The position numbers and the translations under genes are program-made. Of a stretch of DNA of 64,000 bases, positions 9,837 through 19,944 are shown piece by piece. The first letter of the stretch is position 1. Each line of letters starts with the position of its first letter. Below the pieces are notes generated by a model. The model did not search any database and was not told the origin of the DNA. It saw nothing but the letters and a program-made list of their open reading frames with translations. This DNA comes from Thermoanaerobaculia bacterium (GTDB lineage Bacteria > Acidobacteriota > Thermoanaerobaculia > UBA5066), in NCBI GenBank assembly GCA_022071945.1, contig JAJVIN010000021.1:32452-96451 (forward strand). Reading direction: 5' to 3'.

Positions 9837-10897
9837 CCCTCCCCGCTGAAGACGCGCTGGTCGCCCAGTTCTCGAGCGCCTTCAAAACCCGCCGCCGCGA
9901 TGTCCTGGTCGGGATTGGCGACGACGCGGCCGTAATCCGGACCCCCGACAGGACCGTCCTCGCCACGGACGCCCTCGTCGAGGGCACTGACTTCCACCGC
10001 GACTGGGGAGCCCGGCGGCTCGGCAAGAAGGCGATATCGATCAACGTCTCCGACCTGGCGGCGATGGGAGCCGTCTCCTCGCATGCCCTCATCACTCTCG
10101 GCCTTCCCCCTGATCTCTCCGCCGACTGGCTTGACTCCTTCATTCTGGGGTGCCATCAGGCCGCGCAGGAATACGGCATAGCGATCGCCGGCGGAGACCT
10201 CTCGGCTTCCCCGTCTGTCTTCGCGAGCGTCGCGATCCTGGGGAGGCTCATGGCGAAGGATCCGCTCTTGCGGTCGGGCGCGAGGCCCGGAGATTCGATC
10301 TACGTCTCCGGCACCCTCGGCGCCGCCGCCGGCGGCCTTCACCTCCTTCTCCAGGGTTACCGCATCGAGGACTCGGGGGGCCTTCGCCTCCCGGGCGGCA
10401 AGCGATCCCGGACCCGCAACTCAGAGTCTCTCGCCCGCCTGATCCGCCACCAGCTCGACCCGCGCCCCAAACCCGCCCTCGCGTCTCTTCTCGCGGAAGA
10501 ACGGCTCGCGTCGGCCGCCATCGACGTCTCGGATGGACTCGCCCGCGACCTTCACCGGCTGTGCCGGGCCTCGGGAACCGGGGCTCTCATCGACCAGGCG
10601 GCCCTCCCGACCGACTCGGCTCTCGTCGAGATCGCCCCGGCGAACCGGCCGCCGGTGCAGGATCTCGCCCTTTTCGGGGGCGAAGACTATGGGCTCCTGT
10701 TCACCGTGCCCCGGCGCAAGGCCGATCGCGTCACGGCGCTCGCTCCCCGTTTCGCCCTGAGAAGGATTGGCGTCATCGAGGAAGGCGGCGGAGTGAGGAT
10801 CGTGACCGCGAAGGGGGCCGAGCCTCTCCCCGACCGGGGATTCGATCACTTCGCCCCGGAGGCCCCGCCAGCGTCCTTGCCAAGGGCCCGCGCGTGA
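9833..10897 (+). CDS. thiL: Thiamine-monophosphate kinase.
   Basis: AIR-synthase-related fold with GDDAAV....LATDALVEGTDF and GGDLS motifs. Its GTG start overlaps the lon stop as GTGA. Confidence 0.8.
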   Translation: MTLPAEDALVAQFSSAFKTRRRDVLVGIGDDAAVIRTPDRTVLATDALVEGTDFHRDWGARRLGKKAISINVSDLAAMGAVSSHALITLGLPPDLSADWLDSFILGCHQAAQEYGIAIAGGDLSASPSVFASVAILGRLMAKDPLLRSGARPGDSIYVSGTLGAAAGGLHLLLQGYRIEDSGGLRLPGGKRSRTRNSESLARLIRHQLDPRPKPALASLLAEERLASAAIDVSDGLARDLHRLCRASGTGALIDQAALPTDSALVEIAPANRPPVQDLALFGGEDYGLLFTVPRRKADRVTALAPRFALRRIGVIEEGGGVRIVTAKGAEPLPDRGFDHFAPEAPPASLPRARA

Positions 10898-12885
10898 AGC
10901 TCGGGATGCCGCTCGAGGAACTCGTTTAGCCTGGCGAGCGTCACCGGATTCGCCCGGTCCGACCGCCAGGCCCTCGCCAGCTCCACGCAGGCGGGCAGGA
11001 ACTTGCCCTCCTCCTCGTAGATCTCCGAAAGAACGAAGCGGGCCTCTATCTTCGAGGCGTCTTTCCACAGAGCCCAGCGGGCCTCTTCCCTCGCTTCCGC
11101 CGCCCTCCCGGCCCTTTGCAAGGCCCTGGCGAGTCCTGCCCGGCTCTCGGCCGATCCGCTGTCGAGTATCCGGGCCCGCCTCCATTCGTGGAAAGCCCGC
11201 TTCCACTCACCCGTCGTCTCGAAGTGCCGCGCTCGCGCCGAGGCGATGGCCGCGCTCTGCGGTGTCCGCAGGGAAGCGGAGCGCAGCGTTCTCTCCGCCT
11301 CCTGCGTCCTCCCCGCCGCCATGAGGGCGCCCGAGAACCCCAGCACGGCCCTTTCGTAGCCCGGGAAGATCTCGACCGCCTTCTGATAGGCACGGATCGA
11401 TCGCGGGAGATCTCCCCTCTCCCTGTAGATCCGCCCGAGCAGAGTGAAGGCATCATAGTGTCTCGGGAACACTTCGATGGCCGTCTCGAGCTGCCGGGCC
11501 GCCTCGTCGGGCCGCTGCCTCCGGTACAGGTCGTACCCGAGGTTGTAGCGGGCCTTGGCCGATCCGGGCCGCTTGGCCACCATGTCGGTAAAGAGCGATG
11601 TGTCGTCCTTCCAGACTCGGTTCCGGTTCACCGTCACGAGGGCGTTGACCATGACAAGAAGAGTCACGCCCAGCTCGCCCCACTTCACCCGCGACAGCCG
11701 GGGCACGGCCCAGCCGCGAGGCTGGAACAGAGACAGAGCCGCGAGAAAAACGCCGAGGCTCGGAAGGTAGACCAGCCTCTCCGCGTAGATCGTGCCGATC
11801 GGGAACGGGATGTTGGAGGCGGGAAAGAGCGTCCCCAGGAAAAACAGCAGCCCGAAAGAAAAGGCCGGAACGCGCCGCCAGGCCGCGAGAATCGCGAGAA
11901 AAACGGCCACGCCCGCCCCGAGAGCCAGCAGGATCAGGAGTCCGTCGCCACGCGACAGAAGCCTCAACGAGTACGCCGAATGGTCGGCGGCGAGGTCGAA
12001 GGGAAAGAGGCACGTCAACGCGTAGCGGCCGAGCAGCACGAATCCGTTCAGGGCCCGAAGCGGGGCGCTCGTCGCCACCAGAGGGTTCTCCACCTCGAAG
12101 ATCCCGGCGTGCCGGGAGAGAAGAAACCCCTCGAGAACCGCGAGCCTCACCACGAAGAGGATGAAGAGCGGAAAAAGAAGCCCCGAGAGCCACCACCGCC
12201 TGACCCACACGGCGGCCATGAGACTCCTGACCCGCCCCTGGGACCTGCCCTGGCGGAAGAACTCCCCGAGGAGCACGACGCCCGGCACGACCACCGCGCT
12301 CTCCTTCACGAAAACCGCCAGGAGAAAGAAGAGAAGGCACAGAAAATACGGTCCGCGGAGAACCCGCTCTGCAGCCGTTGCCCAGAGCCACGAGAGTGCC
12401 GAGGCAAGCACCAATACGGCGGCCAGGACCTCGGCCCGGCCCACGAGCGACGTCACCGCCTCCACATGAACCGCGGCAGCCGCGAACCAGAGAGATGCGG
12501 CCGCCGCGAGAGAATTTCCCAGGCCGAGCCGCAGGATCCAGAAGTAGGCCAGAAGACAGACGAGCGCGTGAAGCGCGATGTTGACGGCTCGAAACAGGGA
12601 CGGCCGGTTGCCGTGCACCCACCTCTGCGCCGCGTAGGTCAGGAGGACGACCGGCCGGTAGTTTTGTCCCGTGCTCAGGCTCCCGCCGAAGTAGTGTGTC
12701 GTGAAGACACTCAGAGCCGAGCCGGGGGCCGCGAGCCTCGGGTTGTCACGGATGATGATCTTGTCGTCGTACGTGAAGCCGTTCGGAAGCCCGTTCAGGA
12801 AAGGAACCACGGCGGAGACGACGATCAGCCAGAGGATCCACCTCGATGCCCGTTCGCCCGGCGGAGCAAGTTCTTCCTCTTTCAT
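10846..12885 (-). CDS. Membrane protein with an N-terminal multi-pass domain (PMT_2/DUF1736-like glycosyltransferase fold) and C-terminal TPR repeats.
   Basis: About 11 TM helices are followed by TPR-like repeats (YNLGYDLYRRQRPDEAARQLETAIEVFP...). The start overlaps the upstream permease stop. Confidence 0.7.
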   Translation of the reverse strand: MKEEELAPPGERASRWILWLIVVSAVVPFLNGLPNGFTYDDKIIIRDNPRLAAPGSALSVFTTHYFGGSLSTGQNYRPVVLLTYAAQRWVHGNRPSLFRAVNIALHALVCLLAYFWILRLGLGNSLAAAASLWFAAAAVHVEAVTSLVGRAEVLAAVLVLASALSWLWATAAERVLRGPYFLCLLFFLLAVFVKESAVVVPGVVLLGEFFRQGRSQGRVRSLMAAVWVRRWWLSGLLFPLFILFVVRLAVLEGFLLSRHAGIFEVENPLVATSAPLRALNGFVLLGRYALTCLFPFDLAADHSAYSLRLLSRGDGLLILLALGAGVAVFLAILAAWRRVPAFSFGLLFFLGTLFPASNIPFPIGTIYAERLVYLPSLGVFLAALSLFQPRGWAVPRLSRVKWGELGVTLLVMVNALVTVNRNRVWKDDTSLFTDMVAKRPGSAKARYNLGYDLYRRQRPDEAARQLETAIEVFPRHYDAFTLLGRIYRERGDLPRSIRAYQKAVEIFPGYERAVLGFSGALMAAGRTQEAERTLRSASLRTPQSAAIASARARHFETTGEWKRAFHEWRRARILDSGSAESRAGLARALQRAGRAAEAREEARWALWKDASKIEARFVLSEIYEEEGKFLPACVELARAWRSDRANPVTLARLNEFLERHPELHARALGKDAGGASGAK

Positions 12886-13730
12886 CCGCTCCCTTTTCCG
12901 GCTGTTCGCCCCCTCCCCGAGATCGTCTCCAGGAGTTCCTCGCCGGCCGTGTTCGCCGCCAGGACCGTCAGGACGATCGCGGCCGCCGGGACGATCACGA
13001 GGTGGGGGGCGTCCAGGAGGTGGGTCCGCCCCGCCGCGAGCATGCTGCCCCAGGAAGGGTACGGAGCCGGGACTCCAAGACCGAGAAACGAGAGCGCCGA
13101 CTCGGCAAGAATGGCCCCCGCGAGATGGAGCGCGCTCTGCACGATCAGAGACGGCGCCGCGCCAGGCAGGAGGTGCTTGATGAGGATCCTGGCGCGGGAA
13201 CAGCCGCTGGCACGGGCGAAGGCGACATAGTCCCGGGAGGCGAGACGCATCGCCTCGGCCCGTGCGAGCCGGGCGTACGGAACCCAGCCCGTGATCGAGA
13301 GAGCGATGACGGTGTTTCCGACGGACGGTCCGAGGACGGCAGCCAGGGCCATGGCCAGGAGGAGGCCCGGAAAGGCGAGCGTCAGCTGGACGGTCCTCTC
13401 GACGGCAGAATCGATGATGCCCCGCATCTCGGCGGCGATAAGACCGGCGCAGCTGCCGGCAATCGATGAGACGGCAACAGCGGCCGCAGCCACTCCCAGG
13501 GAAACCGAGGATCCGAAAAACAGCCTGTAGAGGAGGGAACGGCCGAGCTCATCCGTTCCCAGAAACTCGGAAGGGGACGGAGGCAGGAGCCGCCGGGCGA
13601 GATCGATGGAGAAGACCCAATCTCGTGGAAGCAAAAGGGAGAGCACGGCACTCGCGAAAACGAAGAGCAAGAACCCGAGCGAAACGAAGAGCGCCGGTCG
13701 GCGCGCCGCGACGCGAAGGGCACGCTTCAA
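12882..13730 (-). CDS. ABC transporter permease, DppC/OppC-like.
   Basis: It carries the EAA-loop region (ARASGCSRARILIKHLLP). A TTG start at 13730 overlaps the upstream stop. Confidence 0.75.
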   Translation of the reverse strand: MKRALRVAARRPALFVSLGFLLFVFASAVLSLLLPRDWVFSIDLARRLLPPSPSEFLGTDELGRSLLYRLFFGSSVSLGVAAAAVAVSSIAGSCAGLIAAEMRGIIDSAVERTVQLTLAFPGLLLAMALAAVLGPSVGNTVIALSITGWVPYARLARAEAMRLASRDYVAFARASGCSRARILIKHLLPGAAPSLIVQSALHLAGAILAESALSFLGLGVPAPYPSWGSMLAAGRTHLLDAPHLVIVPAAAIVLTVLAANTAGEELLETISGRGRTAGKGSG

Positions 13731-14656
13731 TGGGTGCCCTCCCGCGAGGCCGGTCTGGGGTCGAAGAACGCCGACAGGACGTCCGCCGCTGAGTTCACGA
13801 GGATGTAGACGGCCGCGATCAGGAGCACGCACCCCTGCACCATCGGGTAGTCGCGCCTCTGGATCGACTGGATGAGAAGGCGGCCCACTCCAGGCCAGGA
13901 GAAGATGGTCTCCGTGAGGACGGCCCCGGTGAGAAGCGACCCGAACTGAAGTCCCGCGACCGTGAGAAACGGAGTGAGGGCGTTGCGGCCCGCGTGCCTG
14001 AGAGCGGCCATCCAGCGGTTCTCGCCCCGAGCGCGCGCGGCCAGAACATACGGGCGGCCCAATTCCTCGCCGACTGTCGCGCGGACCATCCTCGAAAGAA
14101 GGGACGAGACCGAGATGACGAGGGTCAACGCGGGCAAGACGGCGGATCCGGGTCCCTCTCGCCCGGAAACCGGAAACCACTCCAGGGACACGGCAAAGAC
14201 GAGAGCAAGCAGAGGCCCCGAAACGTAGCTGGGCGTCGAGACGCCCGAGAGAGCGATCCATCTCAGGGCGTGGTCGTCCAGCCGGCCACTCCTGAGTGCC
14301 GCCAGCACGCCTGTGGGAATCGCGATCAGGAGCGAAAACGCGAAGGCGATCAACGCCAGCTCGAGGGTTGCCGGGAAGGCCCGCAAGATCTCGTCTGTGA
14401 CCGGCGTTGCCGTCGCGAAGGACGAGCCGAGATCTCCCTTCAGGAGCCGCCCGGTCCAGGCCACGTACTGGGTGGAGAGCGGCCGGTCCAGACCGAGCTG
14501 GTGTCTGAGCGCTTCGATATCTTCCCTGGAAGCACCGTCGCCCAGCATCACGGCCGCGGGATCCCCCGGAATCAGATGCAGCATCAGGAACACGATCGAG
14601 GCCGCCGCGTAAAGAAGCAGGACGATCCCGACAAGTCTTCTTGCGACCCTCTTCAT
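13727..14656 (-). CDS. ABC transporter permease, DppB/OppB-like.
   Basis: Begins MKRVARRLVGIVLLLYAAASIVFLMLHLIPGDP, typical of this permease family. Its ATG overlaps the regulator stop as ATGA. Confidence 0.8.
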   Translation of the reverse strand: MKRVARRLVGIVLLLYAAASIVFLMLHLIPGDPAAVMLGDGASREDIEALRHQLGLDRPLSTQYVAWTGRLLKGDLGSSFATATPVTDEILRAFPATLELALIAFAFSLLIAIPTGVLAALRSGRLDDHALRWIALSGVSTPSYVSGPLLALVFAVSLEWFPVSGREGPGSAVLPALTLVISVSSLLSRMVRATVGEELGRPYVLAARARGENRWMAALRHAGRNALTPFLTVAGLQFGSLLTGAVLTETIFSWPGVGRLLIQSIQRRDYPMVQGCVLLIAAVYILVNSAADVLSAFFDPRPASREGTH

Positions 14657-17600
14657 GCCTGTCCGATCCCGAGCTTCTTCATCTCGTAGAGGAGCGCCTG
14701 CCTCGTGAGCCCCAGGAGCTTGGCGGCCGCCGTCCGGTTCCCCCGCGCCTCCAGGAGTGCGGCGAGGATCTCCTTCCGTTTCGCGTCCGCGACGGCCTTG
14801 AAGTAGCGCTTCTCCGTTGAAGGCGGAGAAGACTCCAGAGCCGCCTCTTCCTTCCGGACCCTCGAGGGCAGATGCGGGACGTCGATGACGTTTCCCGGCG
14901 AGGCCATGAGCCGGGCGGACTCCAGGGCCGCCATCAGTTCCCGGATGTTCCCGGGCCACGAGTACGTCATCAGAACCGTCTCGGCGCGAGGGGAAAGGCG
15001 CCAGGAGGGCGACAGGGCGCCGTCAATCAGCCGCGCCAGGTCCCTGGGCCGTCGGCGGAGGGGAGGCAGCTCGATCGTGACCCCCGCGATCCGGAAGTAG
15101 AGGTCCTGGCGAAACCGGTTCTGCCTCACGAGGCTCGCGAGATCCTGATGAGTGGCGGAGATCAGCCTGAAATCGGCTGTCCGGGTCCGCGTTTCGCCCA
15201 GCCTGCGGTACTCCTTCTCCTGCAAGAGCCGAAGGAGCTTGGCTTGCAAGGCGAGCGGAAGCTCGCCGATCTCGTCGAGGAAGAGGGTCCCCGAACCGGC
15301 CGTCTCGACGAGCCCGGCCCGGTCCTTCTCCGCTCCCGTGAACGCGCCTCTGGCATGTCCGAAGAGCTCGGACTCCAGCAGGGTGTCGGTCAGCGCGGCC
15401 ACGTTGAGGGCGACATTCGGCCCCGGACGGCCCGAGGCGCCATGAATCTCCCGGGCCAGGATCTCCTTTCCCGTGCCCGTCTCGCCCGTGATCAGGACGG
15501 GCATCGACGATGGCGCGACCCGCCGCGCGAGCTCGAAGGCCTTTTTCGTCTCTTCGTCCTCGCAGACGAACTCCCGGGAGGACCGCGGGCCGCCGGGATC
15601 GGCCCCACCGGAGGCGAGCGTGTGGGTCGAGTACTTTCTCGTCTCGAAATACCGTGACAGGGCCGGACATCCCGCCAGGCTCGCGGCCCGGGCTCCCTCC
15701 TCGAAAAAGACCCCGGCCCTCGCGAGCTCGAAGGCCGCCGGGAACCGGACGGCCCACTCCCAGAGGCGTTCCGCTCTCTCCAGGTCCTTCTTTCTGCTTC
15801 CTCTGACGAGGGTGATTCCCGACTCTTCCAGGGAGGGCACTTGACCGCTCTTGAAGGCGAGTTCCGTCATGAGCAGGCGTTTCTCGAGATCGAGGAGACT
15901 CGCCGTCTCGATCTCCCGCCGGACCGCCGCCGCCGGTGCGCCGGTCGGCGCGCCAAACGTGGTTGGCGCGCCAGCCGTGGTTGGTGCGCCAGCCGTGGTT
16001 GGCGCGCCAGCTACGGCTGGCGCTGCATCGATGAGGCTCGAGAGCCAGAGCCGGATGCGGCTCGTCTCGTTCTGCATCCGGTTGTCCGTGAGCTTGGCGG
16101 CCTCGAGCACGTGCTGCCTCGTTGCGTGCGGCTCTCGCCTGAGGAGAGACCCTCGCGCCTGAACGATCAGGATCTCCCGCCAGGCCGGATGCCCCGGCTG
16201 TTGACGGCCGGCCGAGGCTGCCCGCTGGAACAGGCCGGCACTCGCTTCCAGCTCGAGTTCGGTCAGGAGAATCGCCATCATGGTCGGGACGGAAAAGAGC
16301 CACTGATACTCGCGCCCGGGGACCCCGTCGAAGTCCAGGACTCTCTCGAGATCCCGCCTTGCCTCGGCCACGCAGCCCTCGCGGAAGAAGAGATCCCCCC
16401 TGTTCGCCAGCGCGGAGATGTAGCCGCCAGAGTCGCGAAGGGACACGAAGAGGGCCATCGATTCCTCGAGCTGCTGGCGCGCCTCCTCGAACCTTCCGAG
16501 GTGCATCAGCGAGCCACCGATGTCCAGGGCCGCCTTCGCCCGGATCCTGTCGGTCGTGGCGGACGCCTTCGCCAGCCGGAAGCACCCCTCCGCGCGAGAG
16601 TGCTCCCCGAGGTCCGAATACAGGTACCCCGACGTGAAGGCAAAATCGAGAGAGTTCTCGCCGGAGTTCTCGAGTCCGCCGCTCGCCGTGAGGGTGTCCA
16701 GAATGGATCGAGCCTCCGCGTATTCACCACACCGCGAGAGCGCCTCGGCGGCCGCCAGGAGCCACTCCACATCGTGGTCCTGGACCTCCCGCGGATGTGT
16801 CGAATCGAGGGACTTTCCACGGCTCTTCGAAACCAGTGCCAGCGCCTCGAGATTGCGATTCGCCTCGAGCAAGACCCTCATTTCGAAAAGGCGCCTTCGA
16901 GAGGCAGGAACAAGGGAAGCGATAGAGAGCGCCTTCTCCACGTGCCGGTAACGAGCGAGCAGCTTGCCGGCGCCCTCGACATGCGGGCTGGCGTTCTCGT
17001 CCAGAGTGCCCTCGAAGCAGGCGGCGGCTCGCGTGGCTCGTTCTCCATCGCCGAACCGGTCAGAGAGCACGAGGGCGCGCCAGGCCGAGCCGAGAACGGG
17101 ATCGGACTCAGGAGCGGCCCCCAGAAGGGCAAAAGCCCCTCGCCAGTCTTCCGCGTCGAAGAGGGCGCGAAAACGATCGCGAGCAGCCGGGAGGGCCGCC
17201 GGATCGAGCCTCATCGCGATCCTGAGCTTCTTGTCCGCAACCAGTCCCGAGCTCTGGACGCGTCCAAGGATTCCCTGCCTCTCGGTCCCGCCCATCGCCT
17301 TCTGCAGACTCTCGCGCGGAATGGAGCTCGAAAGCCGCAGATGCCCGCCGGGAACCTCCTCGAGAGTTCCTTCCTCGACGGACTCGGCGACAGAACCGGC
17401 CAGGGCCTCGGCCTCGCGGCCCGCCACGACGGCCAGCTCGGAGAGCGTGAACTCATCGTCGAGAACAGCGGCCGCCTTCAGGACCGGGTTCCGCCTGAAA
17501 CTGGGCGTGGCGGTCACCCCGCGAGCTCGCCGGCCGGTCCAGGAGAGGGACTCGAAGGCACTGACGAAACGGCCTGCCTCTCCCGCGGCTTTCTCGGAAA

Positions 17601-18672
17601 GCTCGGACCAGGCTTTTTGCGCCTCAGCCGAGGACTCGAACGGGAACCAGACGAGACTCGAGACCTCTCCGGCTCCCAGACGCGGGCGGATGAGCCTCAC
17701 GGGCGCCCACGGCAACGTCGATTGGGCCCGGACTTCGTAGCGGGCCACCCACGGATGGAGCCCCTCACATCGCTTCCAGAAGTCGAGCGAGGCCGAGTCC
17801 CACCCTTCCATGTCGAAGGCCACGAGAGAGAGGGAACGTCCGGGATTCCCCGACGATCGGACGCCTGGATCTTCCAGCAGGGCGCTCAACCTCCCGGCAA
17901 CGTGACCCGCTTCTTGGAGCGTTTCGAAGACAGTCCTTCCGGAAAGCCCGGCAGCCGGGCGAAGCTCGACAAAGTCGGAATCTCCAAAGCCCCTCCGCAC
18001 CTTTCCCCGAATCGAGAAACCGCCCCCTCTCCCGATTCCGGCCAAGGGCAGATCACTCGCCGGCCCCGGCTCTGCCTCGAACTCGGCGGGATAGACGAGG
18101 CCCGCGCAGTCGCGCAGCACCGGCTCCGGCCAGCCCCCTCTCGGCTGCCAGTGGAAAAACAGGCTGCATCCGCTGAAGGAGACGGACTCCCTTCCCGACA
18201 GCTCGATGACGTCTTTCGCCAGACCGTCGAGAGCCGGCTGTCCCGGTTCCCCCTGCCGCCTTTCGGAAAGAGCCCGGGATTCTGCCGGCGTGTGCCCCGA
18301 AAGCCTCGAGGCAGCAAAGGTCAGGGCCTCGGCGGCCGGAACGGACCGCCAAAGCGGTACGGGTGGTCTCGCCAGCGCGGGGCGGCGCGGGTCGGAAGGG
18401 TGGCTTCCCAGCGCGTCGAGATCCTGAAAAGAGAGGCCAAGGCCGCAGAACCGGAGATAGGCGAGAAGGGCCTCGAGGCGGACGAGATAGCTCCTTCTCG
18501 ACTCCAGGCTCGCGATGGGACGGATGGGCACGGGCGCGGCACCCCTGAGCCCGAGGACGGCACCGTCCCCCGTGAGAAAGGCCGACTCGATCGCCGGCAG
18601 AAGCCGGTGCTCGAGCTTCAGGAGCATCGTCGCCCCGGTGATCAAGTCGCCGCTCGGGATGCTCCAGTTCAC
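14653..18672 (-). CDS. Large (1339 aa) sigma-54-dependent transcriptional activator with an N-terminal region of about 950 aa of unknown function containing TPR-like repeats.
   Basis: The C-terminal AAA+ domain has GETGTGKE, GAFTGA and a Fis-type HTH. Its ATG lies 6 nt after the aroA stop. Confidence 0.7.
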   Translation of the reverse strand: MNWSIPSGDLITGATMLLKLEHRLLPAIESAFLTGDGAVLGLRGAAPVPIRPIASLESRRSYLVRLEALLAYLRFCGLGLSFQDLDALGSHPSDPRRPALARPPVPLWRSVPAAEALTFAASRLSGHTPAESRALSERRQGEPGQPALDGLAKDVIELSGRESVSFSGCSLFFHWQPRGGWPEPVLRDCAGLVYPAEFEAEPGPASDLPLAGIGRGGGFSIRGKVRRGFGDSDFVELRPAAGLSGRTVFETLQEAGHVAGRLSALLEDPGVRSSGNPGRSLSLVAFDMEGWDSASLDFWKRCEGLHPWVARYEVRAQSTLPWAPVRLIRPRLGAGEVSSLVWFPFESSAEAQKAWSELSEKAAGEAGRFVSAFESLSWTGRRARGVTATPSFRRNPVLKAAAVLDDEFTLSELAVVAGREAEALAGSVAESVEEGTLEEVPGGHLRLSSSIPRESLQKAMGGTERQGILGRVQSSGLVADKKLRIAMRLDPAALPAARDRFRALFDAEDWRGAFALLGAAPESDPVLGSAWRALVLSDRFGDGERATRAAACFEGTLDENASPHVEGAGKLLARYRHVEKALSIASLVPASRRRLFEMRVLLEANRNLEALALVSKSRGKSLDSTHPREVQDHDVEWLLAAAEALSRCGEYAEARSILDTLTASGGLENSGENSLDFAFTSGYLYSDLGEHSRAEGCFRLAKASATTDRIRAKAALDIGGSLMHLGRFEEARQQLEESMALFVSLRDSGGYISALANRGDLFFREGCVAEARRDLERVLDFDGVPGREYQWLFSVPTMMAILLTELELEASAGLFQRAASAGRQQPGHPAWREILIVQARGSLLRREPHATRQHVLEAAKLTDNRMQNETSRIRLWLSSLIDAAPAVAGAPTTAGAPTTAGAPTTFGAPTGAPAAAVRREIETASLLDLEKRLLMTELAFKSGQVPSLEESGITLVRGSRKKDLERAERLWEWAVRFPAAFELARAGVFFEEGARAASLAGCPALSRYFETRKYSTHTLASGGADPGGPRSSREFVCEDEETKKAFELARRVAPSSMPVLITGETGTGKEILAREIHGASGRPGPNVALNVAALTDTLLESELFGHARGAFTGAEKDRAGLVETAGSGTLFLDEIGELPLALQAKLLRLLQEKEYRRLGETRTRTADFRLISATHQDLASLVRQNRFRQDLYFRIAGVTIELPPLRRRPRDLARLIDGALSPSWRLSPRAETVLMTYSWPGNIRELMAALESARLMASPGNVIDVPHLPSRVRKEEAALESSPPSTEKRYFKAVADAKRKEILAALLEARGNRTAAAKLLGLTRQALLYEMKKLGIGQA
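15947..16030. repeat. 18-bp in-frame tandem repeat, about 4.5 copies, inside the sigma-54 regulator gene. It encodes (GAPTTA)n.
   Basis: GGCGCGCCAGCCGTGGTT and near-identical copies are read directly from the sequence. Confidence 0.85.
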
Positions 18673-18678
18673 AACCCG

Positions 18679-19944
18679 CTAGGCCTGGAGATCCTCGCGG
18701 CGAGCCGCTGGATGCGGCACGACCACGGACTCCCACAGCTTCCAGAACTCGGGGAACGACTTCGAGACCGATTCGGCGCCAGAGAGTTCTCCTCCCTCCG
18801 AGCATCTCAGGGCCAGGACCGCGGCCGACATCGCGACGCGGTGATCATCATGGGCGTCAAAAGAAGCGCGGGCCCTCGGCTCGCTTCGACCCTCGATCAC
18901 CAGGAAGCCGCCATCGGCGCCTTCCTCCGAGGCCGTCGCCGCCCGCGACAGAAGATCCCGGGCCGCCGCCAGACGATCGGACTCCTTCTCTCGGAGCCTT
19001 CGCGCTCCCTCGAGGCGGCTCGTGCCGTCCGCAAAAGCCAAGAGAGCCGCAAGCGGGAGGGCCGCGTCGGGAGCTCCGTCGACGGAAACGCGGAGGGGAC
19101 GGAGCCCGCTCGACGGCGGGCCACCGACGACGAGACCGTCCTCCCAGGACACCACTGCCCCGGCCTCCCGGGCCCAGCTCCTGAAGACGGCATCGGGCTG
19201 GATCGACTCTTTCCTGAGGCCCTCGAGGCGGATCGAACCCGAAGAGATCGCCGCCCCCGCGATGAAAAAGCACGCCCCCGAATCGTCGCCCGGCACCTCA
19301 TAGTGACCGCTCTCGCGAGAGAACTCCTCGAGCGTCTCTCGCGTCATGTCGACGTAGGCCCCCGAGACCGCCTGGCCCCGGACCTCCAGCGTGAGGGGTG
19401 ACTCCAGCAGGCACTGAATGAGGAGGAGGGCCGAGATGAACTGGGAGGAGACGCTCCCGTCGATGGCGACGTGGCCTCCCCGCAACTTTCGTCCGTGGAT
19501 CTTCAGGGGAAGGAAGCCCTCCTTTTCGGCGGACTCGATTTCCGCTCCGAGCTGCCTCAGGGCGAAGACCAGGTCCCCCATCGGCCGTTCCCGCATGCGC
19601 TTCGACCCATCCAGGACGAACTCGCCCGGCAGGGCCGAGCAGAGCGCGAGAAGAAAGCGGGCGGGCGTTCCCGCTGGGCCGATGTCCAGAACGAGCGGGT
19701 CCCGTGACGGCGGCACCGCGAGCGGACCCGCGATCTCCCAGCGCCTCCCGGAAAAGACGACGGACGCCCCCATGCGGTCGAGGGCCCCGGCCAGGGTCCG
19801 GGTGTCGTCGGAGTCCAGCGGGTCCTGAAGGACCCAGGGCCTCCCGGCCAGCGCGGCGGCAACGAGGGCCCGATTCGTGTAGCTCTTGGAACCCGGAATC
19901 CGGACCGTTCCCTCGAGACGTCCCGCCGGCAGTTTTCGGTTCAC
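18679..19944 (-). CDS. aroA: 3-phosphoshikimate 1-carboxyvinyltransferase (EPSP synthase).
   Basis: GTVRIPGSKSYTNRAL at the N-terminus. A GTG start follows an AGGAGG RBS and overlaps the upstream gene as GTGA. Confidence 0.85.
   Translation of the reverse strand: MNRKLPAGRLEGTVRIPGSKSYTNRALVAAALAGRPWVLQDPLDSDDTRTLAGALDRMGASVVFSGRRWEIAGPLAVPPSRDPLVLDIGPAGTPARFLLALCSALPGEFVLDGSKRMRERPMGDLVFALRQLGAEIESAEKEGFLPLKIHGRKLRGGHVAIDGSVSSQFISALLLIQCLLESPLTLEVRGQAVSGAYVDMTRETLEEFSRESGHYEVPGDDSGACFFIAGAAISSGSIRLEGLRKESIQPDAVFRSWAREAGAVVSWEDGLVVGGPPSSGLRPLRVSVDGAPDAALPLAALLAFADGTSRLEGARRLREKESDRLAAARDLLSRAATASEEGADGGFLVIEGRSEPRARASFDAHDDHRVAMSAAVLALRCSEGGELSGAESVSKSFPEFWKLWESVVVPHPAARREDLQA

Noticed and set aside
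15841-19401. 1186-aa plus-strand ORF. Similar long antisense ORFs occur at 3452..5344, 40095..42086, 43718..45984, 51798..53504 and 56919..59945.
   Set aside because: Low-complexity Arg/Gly/Pro-rich translations, typical of GC-bias artefacts opposite genes with clear domain content.
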